Below the pieces are notes generated by a model. That model made no database searches, was not told the DNA's origin, and saw only the letters and a list, made by a program, of their open reading frames with translations. The position numbers and the translations under genes are program-made. A DNA stretch of 32,000 nt from Candidatus Iainarchaeum sp. (lineage in GTDB: Archaea > Iainarchaeota > Iainarchaeia > Iainarchaeales > JACQJH01), in NCBI GenBank assembly GCA_016205145.1, contig JACQJH010000002.1:600001-632000 (forward strand), written 5' to 3'. Below, one piece after another: positions 24,530-31,396 of this stretch. Position 1 is the stretch's first letter, and each line of letters starts with the position of its first letter.

Positions 24530-24632
24530 GGCGGTCTTGGAACAAGTGGAAGGTATCGGAACCGAAGGTTCTGATATTGGTTGCAGCGACTGAGCTGCGG
24601 CAATTGGGGCCATGCCAAGCCGCCTATTTTTT
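24530..24632 (+). terminator. Long-range stem (GGCGGtCTTGG ... CCAAGCCGCC) enclosing ~75 structured nt, followed by T6; a terminator or small structured RNA between convergent genes
   Basis: Read directly. The outer stem is 10 bp with one bulge. Inner hairpins are GAACC-gaa-GGTTC and GCAGC-gactga-GCTGC. TTTTTT lies at 24627-24632 and overlaps the last tgt codons on the other strand. Confidence 0.35.
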
Positions 24633-25724
24633 GTATTTCGCACAAAGCCCTTTCCTGAAGGCGGAAAACCTGTTTTCCTTTATCGCAAGCCTCGCCTCTT
24701 TCATGAGGCGCTGCGTGAAAAACAGGTTGTGCCAGGAAAGATAGCGCTGGCCGTTTTCCTCATGCGTCCTGAACAGATGGTGCAAAAACGCGGAAGAAAA
24801 ATTCCGGCAGACAAAGCAGCCGCAGGTTTCGTCCAATGGTTTTTGCAGGAAACGGTTTGTCGCAAGGTCGATGTTTTTCTTGCCTTGAAACGTAAAGACA
24901 TGGCCGTGCCTTGCCATGCGCGTTGGAAAACAGCTGTCGAAAACATCCGCACCCAACGCGATTGCGTCAAGCAGGTCAGCAGGCGAGCCGAGGCCCATGA
25001 CATACCTCGGCTTGTCCTCCGGAATGAACGGCATGCAATAGCCGGCAATCCTGTTCATCACGCTTTTCGGTTCGCCGATTGAAAGCCCGCCAATGGCGAG
25101 GCCATCAAAATCGAGTTCGTTGAGCGCGAGAACGCTTTTTTTGCGCAGGTCCTTGAATTTTCCGCCCTGGCAGATGCCGAACAAAAGCTGTTTTTTGTTC
25201 GAATGCTCTGCCTTGCAGCGCTTCGCCCAATCCGTTGTGCGCTGCACTGCAACCGCAACCTGCTTCTTCGACTTGTCATGGCTGGGCACGTCATCCAAGA
25301 CCATTGCAACGTCGCTGCCCAAAGAGTTCTGGATTTGAATGCATTTTTCCGGTGAAAGGAATGCGTTGACGCGGTCGAAAGGATTGTGGAAGGAAACGCC
25401 TTCATCGGAAATGCCCCGGAAAAACTGCTGGCGCAGGATCTGGAAGCCGCCGGAATCCGTGAAAATGCCGCGCTTCCACCCGATAAAGGAATGCAGGCCG
25501 CCCGCATCCGCAATCGCCTTCAGGCCCGGCCTGAGCGAAAGCAGAAAAGAGTTGGATATAATGGTTTTGGTGCCGAGCTGTTCCAACTCTTTCGTGGAAA
25601 TGAATTTCACCGCGCCCTTTGTTGCGACGGGCATGAAAAGAGGCGTTTCAACTGTTCCATGGCAAAGCTTCAGCCTGCCGGCCCTGGCGGAAGTTTTCCT
25701 GTCCGAATGCAAAAGCCTGAACAT
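24624..25724 (-). CDS. tgt: tRNA-guanine transglycosylase, bacterial (queuine) type, without a PUA/C-terminal archaeosine-type extension
   Basis: MFRLLHSD..SARAGRLKL.HGTVETPLFMPVATKGAVK, TDSGGFQ, MVLDDV, AIGGLSIGE and the zinc motif CGCFVCRNFSSAFLHHL...HNL are close to bacterial Tgt motifs (FMPVGT.G.VK, CxCxxCrnySrAYLHHL). Confidence 0.85.
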   Translation of the reverse strand: MFRLLHSDRKTSARAGRLKLCHGTVETPLFMPVATKGAVKFISTKELEQLGTKTIISNSFLLSLRPGLKAIADAGGLHSFIGWKRGIFTDSGGFQILRQQFFRGISDEGVSFHNPFDRVNAFLSPEKCIQIQNSLGSDVAMVLDDVPSHDKSKKQVAVAVQRTTDWAKRCKAEHSNKKQLLFGICQGGKFKDLRKKSVLALNELDFDGLAIGGLSIGEPKSVMNRIAGYCMPFIPEDKPRYVMGLGSPADLLDAIALGADVFDSCFPTRMARHGHVFTFQGKKNIDLATNRFLQKPLDETCGCFVCRNFSSAFLHHLFRTHEENGQRYLSWHNLFFTQRLMKEARLAIKENRFSAFRKGLCAKYKK

Positions 25725-25762
25725 CAAAAAATTTGGCGGAAAAACGCTTAAAAACCGGAAAG

Positions 25763-25775
25763 TTATTATTAAAAG
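25763..25775 (+). promoter_or_regulatory. TATA-like box (TTATTATTAAAAG) about 25-35 nt upstream of the proposed SRP RNA 5' end
   Basis: It is the only AT-rich block in an otherwise GC-rich non-coding gap, and the spacing fits archaeal TATA-to-TSS geometry. Confidence 0.4.
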
Positions 25776-25799
25776 CTTCAGCGCGCAAAAGCTTGTTTT

Positions 25800-26066
25800 G
25801 GCTAGGTTGGGGCGCTGGCGGTGCCTTGTTACCGGAAACCCGCTTTATGCCGGAACCGAAAAACGGGGGAAGGGCAGAACCGGAGAAAAAAGGCGCCTTT
25901 CAGGCGTTGACGCTCTGTCCCTGCAGGTTTTCAGCAGGAATGAAACCCGCCAGGTCCGGAAGGAAGCAACGGTGGTTTCGGCGGGGAACGCTGCAGGGGA
26001 AACGGAGAACAGCAGGGAAGGCGGAAAAACTTTTTTCCGAGGCTTTGTTCGACCCCCGCCACGCCA
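25800..26066 (+). ncRNA. Signal recognition particle RNA (7S/SRP RNA); ends approximate
   Basis: CCAGGTCCGGAAGGAAGCAACGG (25950-25972) is the universally conserved helix 8 motif, with a GGAA tetraloop flanked by the AGG / AGCA loops. The 5' part GGCGGTGCC..TTGTTACC resembles Alu-domain loops. Long-range pairings are CCCTGCAG (25919-26) with CTGCAGGG (25991-98), and GGCGcTGGCGG (25811-21) with CCGCCACGCC (26056-65). The region is GC-rich and has no convincing ORF. Confidence 0.75.
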
Positions 26067-26145
26067 TTTATACATAAGGAATTGGGCGAAAAATCGGAAA
26101 GAATAAATATAACAAAAAAAAGATTAGTGTTAAGGGAAAAATTTA

Positions 26146-26526
26146 ATGTTTGAGGAAAAGATTTCCGTCAAGGACATAATTGACGAAATGAGAAGGGAGC
26201 TTCGCGCCCAACAGGAAGACGAACTGCCTGCGCCCAAAGGACCCCCTTTAAGGCTTTCGCACCCCGCGAAAAAAGCCGGGCAAAAACTGAAAACCGTGAA
26301 AATTGGCAAAAAGGCGAAAAAGCCGAGAAAGATAAAAGCCGGAAAAAGGCCTAAAACCGCGAAAAAGGCTAAGAAAAAGGCAAGCCGGCCGAAAAAACCG
26401 GCAAAAAAGAATGCCGTGAAAAAAGGCAAAAAAGCCAAGCCTAAAAAAACCAAAAAAACATCCAAAGGAAAACAAGCCAAAAAGGCAAAGGCCGGGAAAG
26501 CCGGCAAAAAAAAGGGAAAAAGATAG
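26146..26526 (+). CDS. Lysine/alanine/proline-rich basic protein (histone H1 / Hc1-like low-complexity tail)
   Basis: 126 aa. An acidic helical N-terminus (MFEEKISVKDIIDEMRRELRAQQEDE) is followed by ~90 aa of AKK/PKK/GKK repeats. It resembles H1 C-terminal tails by composition only. Confidence 0.6.
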   Translation: MFEEKISVKDIIDEMRRELRAQQEDELPAPKGPPLRLSHPAKKAGQKLKTVKIGKKAKKPRKIKAGKRPKTAKKAKKKASRPKKPAKKNAVKKGKKAKPKKTKKTSKGKQAKKAKAGKAGKKKGKR

Positions 26527-26566
26527 CTGTTTCCTTTCCCGCTTGCCGGCTTTTAAACGCGCAGGG

Positions 26567-27700
26567 TTATTGCTGCACGAATTTTTTTATTTCCCGCTCA
26601 ACAGAAGAAAGCGCATTCCGCACGCTGGTCAGGGCGCTCCATCCCGAATCCTTTGCTATGAAAAGCTTTCCCGCCGAATTCAGCCTGACCGAAACATCGT
26701 ACTTGTGCCTTGCACCGGAAGCGCTGAGTTCCTTGAAATGCACGAACAGGATGATTTCATTGTGCAGCAGCATTTCAGCCTTGTCGTAAAGCGCGTCCAG
26801 GGAACTGCTGAAGGTTGCGGCGTCAATCTCATCGAAAGCCGGGCAATCGCTGACCTGGATGTTCCTGCCGGGCCCGGATTTCAATGCATCAAATGCCTTC
26901 AGCAGGTTCGTGATGGTCACTATGCCGCGGGGCCTGCCGTCAAAAATTATGACGCTTGAAACGTTTGCCCTGGACATTTTCTGGACAATGGCCGGCAACG
27001 ATTCTTCTGGCGAGGCCGTCACGATTGTTTCAGGCGAAAGCCTGCTTTTCACCAGGACGCCTGAAATGGTCTCGTTCTCCTTGAAAGCCTTCATCGAATA
27101 CCCCATACTCGACCTTACCCCGCCCTTCTTTTTCGGCGGGTGGATCAGGAAATTCCGCATCAGGTCGGTGAAGGAAACTACTCCGACCAGCACGCCGTTC
27201 CTGTCGGCCAAGGGAATCTTGTCTATGCCCTTCTTGCGCATTGCGGAAAACGCCTGCGAAAGCGTCGAGCTGTCAGGCAGCGAAATGAAATCCTTTGTCG
27301 CAATGTCCATTGCCTTCATTGCGCGGAGCTCGCCGAAACTGTTTATGCTCCGCAAAACCGAAGAATGGGTGACAACCCCAAGCAGCTTGTTCTTGTCAAA
27401 AACCGGGAGAGTGCGCAGGCCGGTTTCAAGCATGAGCTTGGCAATCCTTTCAACCGGGTCCGCGGGTGAAAGCGCGGGCGCCTTTTCAGTGACTGAAGAA
27501 TTGCTCACCTTGGAAAAGTCCTTGGTGCCGCGGTAAAGGGAGCGCCATGAAACAATGCCCGAAAAATTTTTCCCGTCAAAAACAAGCGCGTTCTTGTTCT
27601 TTGTAGAAATGAACTGGTTCATTGTCTTTGAAACCGGGTCGGAAGCGGAAACCCTCAGAAAATCGCCGTCAACAAGATCGGCCGCAGAAACCTTCGCCAT
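26567..27700 (-). CDS. Four-CBS-domain protein with a C-terminal HPF/RaiA-like (S30AE) module
   Basis: Repeated CBS signatures are NALVFDGKNFSGIVS, TLPVFDKNKLLGVVTHSSVL, KIPLADRNGVLVGVVSFTDL and SVIIFDGRPRGIVTITNLL. The last ~95 aa are NIQVSD...IDAATFSSSLDALYDKAEMLL..IILFVHFKE...HKYDVSVRLNSAGKLFIAKDSG.SALTSVRNALSSVEREIKK. That follows the beta-alpha-beta-beta-beta-alpha pattern of hibernation-promoting factors. Confidence 0.7.
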   Translation of the reverse strand: MAKVSAADLVDGDFLRVSASDPVSKTMNQFISTKNKNALVFDGKNFSGIVSWRSLYRGTKDFSKVSNSSVTEKAPALSPADPVERIAKLMLETGLRTLPVFDKNKLLGVVTHSSVLRSINSFGELRAMKAMDIATKDFISLPDSSTLSQAFSAMRKKGIDKIPLADRNGVLVGVVSFTDLMRNFLIHPPKKKGGVRSSMGYSMKAFKENETISGVLVKSRLSPETIVTASPEESLPAIVQKMSRANVSSVIIFDGRPRGIVTITNLLKAFDALKSGPGRNIQVSDCPAFDEIDAATFSSSLDALYDKAEMLLHNEIILFVHFKELSASGARHKYDVSVRLNSAGKLFIAKDSGWSALTSVRNALSSVEREIKKFVQQ

Positions 27701-27711
27701 AAAATCTCACC

Positions 27712-28383
27712 TCAAAAACCGCTGACAAGGTCAAGCATTGCCGCCTCGGGAGAGGAAACCTTTATCACGCCGGAAGCGACAAAAATGCCCTTTGCGCCAA
27801 GCTCCATTGAAACCCGGACATCCTCGGCTGACTTGACTCCGGCGCCGACAAGCAATGGAATGCCGTGCTTTGAGACCGCCTCGACGCACTCCGCAATCAG
27901 GTCCGGCTTCGCAGTCGAAACCGAAACATTCCCGCCGATCAATTCAGGGGGTTCGAACGCAATCAGGTCCGGCTTCGACGCAAGCGATGCGATTGCCCCG
28001 GCCCGTTCAACGGTTTCAGCGCACGCCAAAACATTCAGGCCCGAGCCTTTGGCGATTGAAATCGATTCAGCAAGGCATGGCGCGTCGATTTTGCGCTCCG
28101 CATGGTTGAGCACGGTGCCGGATGCTCCGGCTTCCTTAACTGCTTCCGCAAGCACCTGGCCGGTATGCGCGCCCGGCCTGATTGCGTCAACGTGCTGGCA
28201 GAAAACCGGAATCGAAACGTTCTCGGAGACAAGCCGCAGGTCGGCTGCCTGCGGCACGACGCAGACGCAGTGCTCCGATTGCAACGAAACCCGCTCGGCG
28301 GCCTTCGCCAAAGCCAGGGCATTCCTGCCGGTGGACTCGGAATAGGTTTTGAAATTCACGAAAAGGCATGGAACCCCGAGCAT
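27712..28383 (-). CDS. tpiA: Triosephosphate isomerase (short archaeal type)
   Basis: 223 aa. VNFKTY, PQAADL, IPVFCQHVD....GAHTGQVL, GASGTVLNHAERK and LVGAGV show the archaeal TIM pattern. Confidence 0.88.
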   Translation of the reverse strand: MLGVPCLFVNFKTYSESTGRNALALAKAAERVSLQSEHCVCVVPQAADLRLVSENVSIPVFCQHVDAIRPGAHTGQVLAEAVKEAGASGTVLNHAERKIDAPCLAESISIAKGSGLNVLACAETVERAGAIASLASKPDLIAFEPPELIGGNVSVSTAKPDLIAECVEAVSKHGIPLLVGAGVKSAEDVRVSMELGAKGIFVASGVIKVSSPEAAMLDLVSGF

Positions 28384-28439
28384 AAAAATAATCTGGGGCG
28401 AATCTCCTTAAAAAACGCTTGCAAAAAAAGCGAAAAAAA

Positions 28440-29432
28440 TCAGATCCATTTCTGTTTCCGGAAATACATCAGCATTGCCGCCGCAACCACTGCCATCAGG
28501 CCCAGCGCCAAGAAATAGCCGTACTGCTGCCCCCAGGCCGAATGGATTTCCGGCATGTACTTGAAGTTCATGCCGTAAATGCCGGCGATCAGTGAAAGTG
28601 GAAGGATTATTGTCGCGATAATCGTCAGCACTTTCATTGTCTCGTTCAGCCTGTTGGAAATGGTCGAGGCGTAGCCGTCAAGTATGCCGGTCAGAATGTC
28701 CCTGTAATTGTCCATCACGTCCGACACGCGTATGAGATGATCGTAAACGTCGCGGAAATAAATCGAGAGCTTCTGCGGAACGAATTTCTGCTCGCGCAAT
28801 GCAATCGCCATCAGCACTTCCCTTTCGGGGGTGATTATTTTGCGCAAAGAAAAAATAGAGCGCTTCATTTTGAATACGGCCCTGAGGATTTCCTTTGAAG
28901 GGTTGTCGAAAACCTGGTTCTCGAGCCGGTCTATGTCGTCGCCGAAAACGTCAAAGACCGGAAAGTACGAGTCCACCAGAAGGTCCAGGACAAGGTAAAG
29001 CATGAATGCCGGGCCGCGCGAAAAAAGCTGCGGGTTTTTTTCCATTGTCTGGATGGCCTCGCCGATTGCCGGAACGCCGTCTTCGCTTGACGTGACTAAA
29101 AAATTCTTTCCAAGGAAAAAATCGAGTTCGGATGTCGAGGCGCCGTGCTTCGAATAACTCACGGCGTATGAAACTATGAACAGGTGATCCTCGTATTCGT
29201 CGATTTTCGGACGCTGGATCGGATGCAGCGTATCCTCCACTGCAAGCGGGTGCAGCGGAAAAATTTTTGAAAGAAACGCCATGTCGTCCTTGGAAGGCTT
29301 TGAAATGTCGACCCAGACAAAAAATCCTTTGGGCGGGTTTTTCATTATTTCCGGGAGCCTGGCTGCAGGACATTCAACCGGCTTTTTCCCGTCAAAATAA
29401 AAAACCCTGCCGATCATCGGAGCACCGTTCAA
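28440..29432 (-). CDS. corA: CorA-family Mg2+/Co2+ transporter
   Basis: The YGMNFKYMPE (GMN motif) lies between two C-terminal TM helices, after a cytoplasmic alpha/beta N-domain. 330 aa. Confidence 0.9.
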   Translation of the reverse strand: MNGAPMIGRVFYFDGKKPVECPAARLPEIMKNPPKGFFVWVDISKPSKDDMAFLSKIFPLHPLAVEDTLHPIQRPKIDEYEDHLFIVSYAVSYSKHGASTSELDFFLGKNFLVTSSEDGVPAIGEAIQTMEKNPQLFSRGPAFMLYLVLDLLVDSYFPVFDVFGDDIDRLENQVFDNPSKEILRAVFKMKRSIFSLRKIITPEREVLMAIALREQKFVPQKLSIYFRDVYDHLIRVSDVMDNYRDILTGILDGYASTISNRLNETMKVLTIIATIILPLSLIAGIYGMNFKYMPEIHSAWGQQYGYFLALGLMAVVAAAMLMYFRKQKWI

Positions 29433-29482
29433 AGTAAAAAGCGGGAAAGAAGTATTTAAGCTTTTCAGGAAACAATATTGTT

Positions 29483-31345
29483 GTGGCTCACCTTACTTTT
29501 GAATCCCTGGAAAAGGCTGTCAGCGAAACGCCCGGCATGAGGTCCGGCAGGATCAGGAAGGCGTGGGAGTTCGCGAACAGGATTCACGCAAACCAGGCCT
29601 ATGCCGGCAGGGGCTTTACCCAGCACCTGCTTGAGGGCGCGGAAGAGGTTGCAAGCCTGGGCCTTGACGAGGAAACAATAATCGCGGAACTGCTGCACAA
29701 CGCGATTGATACCGGAAAGGTGCCGGCGAACGAGGTTGAAAGGCACTTCGGCGGCGAAGTGGCGAGGATTGTTTTGGAACTCACAAAAATCCGGGAGATA
29801 CTGAACAAAAACCCGAACCTCAAGCCAGGATACACAGAATCCATAATCCTTGCCTCGGCAAAGGACATCCGGACAGTCATAATCGCCATTGTGAACAGGC
29901 TCACGACCCTGCGCTCGATAAGCCATTTTCCTGCGGAGGACGCGAAACGCATTGCCAGAACCTCGCTTTCCGTTTTCGTGCCCATAGCGCATAAGCTCGG
30001 ATTGATGGGCATAGCCGCCGAAATGCAGGACCGGAGTTTCCGGGTTCTTGAGCCGGAAAAGTTCGAGGCCGCACGCAGGGTTTCGGGCAACCGGCCGGAA
30101 CTTGAAAAAAAGCTCGCCGAAGCCGAAGCCGAGGTTTCGGAAAAGCTTGCGGAACAAAAGCTTAATGCGACAATCACCGGCAGGGTGAAAACGCTTTACA
30201 GCATTTCGAAAAAGCTTGAAAGGAAAAAAGACAATGAAATGCTCGACCTGCTCGGCATCCGCATAATCTGCAATTCGCCGGAGGAGTGCTATCAGATCCT
30301 TGGCACGGTGCACTCGCTTTACCAGTTCCATCCCGAGGAGTTTTCCGATTACATCGCGAAGCCGAAGCAGAACGGCTACCAGAGCATCCACACTTTGATA
30401 AACTGGCACGGCACCCCCCTGGAAATCCAGATCCGGGACTGGCGCATGCATTCGGAAGCCGAATCCGGGCTGTCGGCGCACTGGCATTACAAGGAATTCG
30501 AAAAGAACAAGTACTTTGACAAGCGGCTTTCATGGGCAAAAGAGCTTGCGGAATGGGGAAAGGGCAGAGGAAAAAGCGAACTTGAAAAAATCGCCGCCCT
30601 GACAATCGGCGGCAATGAAATCTTCGTGCTGACGCCGAAAAACGAGGCGATTGTCCTGCCGAAAGGCTCGACCCCTGTTGACTTCGCGTTCGCGGTGCAC
30701 TCCGACGTGGGATTCAACTGCCACCAGGCAAAAGTCAACGGCAAAATGGTTCCACTGGAAACCGAACTGCAGAACGGCGACCAGGTTGAAATCCTGACGA
30801 CAAAAAAAAAGCAGGCGAAAAGCCTGTGGCTCGGCTTTGTGAAAAGCCTCAAGGCAATCCAGAAAATCAAGCAGGCGCTCGGCATAAGGTCCGTGGAAAA
30901 AAAGCCGGTGAAGGAGAAACGCTTTGTGGAAATCGGAAAGGACAACCGCGTCAGAATGGCGAACTGCTGCAACCCCCTGCCTGGCGACAAAATAATAGGG
31001 TACAGGACGACAAAGCGCAAAATAGCAATCCACAAGGCCGACTGCAAAGCCCTTGGAACCCTGTCGTCGTCAAAAAAAGTCGACGTTGACTGGTCGGACA
31101 GGCTGCTCAAAAGCTACACAGCGAAAATCTTCATAACCGGCAGGGACAGGGTCGGGGTGATGCGCGACATACTCGAGGTGTTCTCGGCGAACAAGGTCAA
31201 TGTCGAGGGAATTGACGGCAGGACAAGCCAGAACGGAAGCTTCGAGGCAGCGATAACCGCAAAAATCAAGAGCGCGGAAGAGGTCGAAAAGCTGCTCGGA
31301 AAAATCCGCAAAGTCGACTCCATTGCAGGCGCCGAAAGGAGATAG
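29483..31345 (+). CDS. Long RelA/SpoT homologue (RSH): degenerate HD domain, intact (p)ppGpp synthetase, TGS, Cys-rich helical and ACT domains
   Basis: Synthetase motifs are GRVKTLYSISKKL, DLLGIRIIC, EEFSDYIAKPKQNGYQSIHT and EIQIRDWRMHSEAESGLSAHWHYKE. The TGS domain is IFVLTPKNEAIVLPKGSTPVDFAFAVHSDVG...AKVNGKMVPLETELQNGDQVEILT. CCNPLPGDKIIGY is present. The ACT domain is IFITGRDRVGVMRDILEVFS. The hydrolase motifs are altered: LLHNAIDT instead of LLHD..EDT, and VNRLTTLRS instead of ADRLHNMRT. Confidence 0.88.
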   Translation: MAHLTFESLEKAVSETPGMRSGRIRKAWEFANRIHANQAYAGRGFTQHLLEGAEEVASLGLDEETIIAELLHNAIDTGKVPANEVERHFGGEVARIVLELTKIREILNKNPNLKPGYTESIILASAKDIRTVIIAIVNRLTTLRSISHFPAEDAKRIARTSLSVFVPIAHKLGLMGIAAEMQDRSFRVLEPEKFEAARRVSGNRPELEKKLAEAEAEVSEKLAEQKLNATITGRVKTLYSISKKLERKKDNEMLDLLGIRIICNSPEECYQILGTVHSLYQFHPEEFSDYIAKPKQNGYQSIHTLINWHGTPLEIQIRDWRMHSEAESGLSAHWHYKEFEKNKYFDKRLSWAKELAEWGKGRGKSELEKIAALTIGGNEIFVLTPKNEAIVLPKGSTPVDFAFAVHSDVGFNCHQAKVNGKMVPLETELQNGDQVEILTTKKKQAKSLWLGFVKSLKAIQKIKQALGIRSVEKKPVKEKRFVEIGKDNRVRMANCCNPLPGDKIIGYRTTKRKIAIHKADCKALGTLSSSKKVDVDWSDRLLKSYTAKIFITGRDRVGVMRDILEVFSANKVNVEGIDGRTSQNGSFEAAITAKIKSAEEVEKLLGKIRKVDSIAGAERR

Positions 31346-31396
31346 AACACCAAAGGAATATTAACACGAAAAGCAAAATTAGGTGGGGGGGATTGG

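Noticed and set aside
24530-24624. Tested the closed 95-nt element as a tRNA, H/ACA or C/D sRNA on both strands
   Set aside because: The closing stem is 10 bp rather than 7. There is no T-loop consensus or anticodon arm geometry, no ACA/ANA box after the stem, and no RUGAUGA box. It is kept only as an unclassified structure or terminator.
25339-26106. 255-aa (+) ORF and the nested 114-aa ORF at 25733-26077 spanning the tgt-upstream gap
   Set aside because: The first is antisense to tgt for half its length. Both cross the region that carries the conserved SRP RNA helix 8 motif and extensive RNA-like self-complementarity. The translations are Arg/Gly-rich noise.
26280-26520. Repetitive AAAAAGGC / GCCAAAAAGG DNA that could be mistaken for a tandem-repeat or CRISPR-like array
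   Set aside because: The repeats are short, imperfect and in frame, encoding the KKA/KKG tail of the lysine-rich protein. There is no repeat-spacer periodicity.
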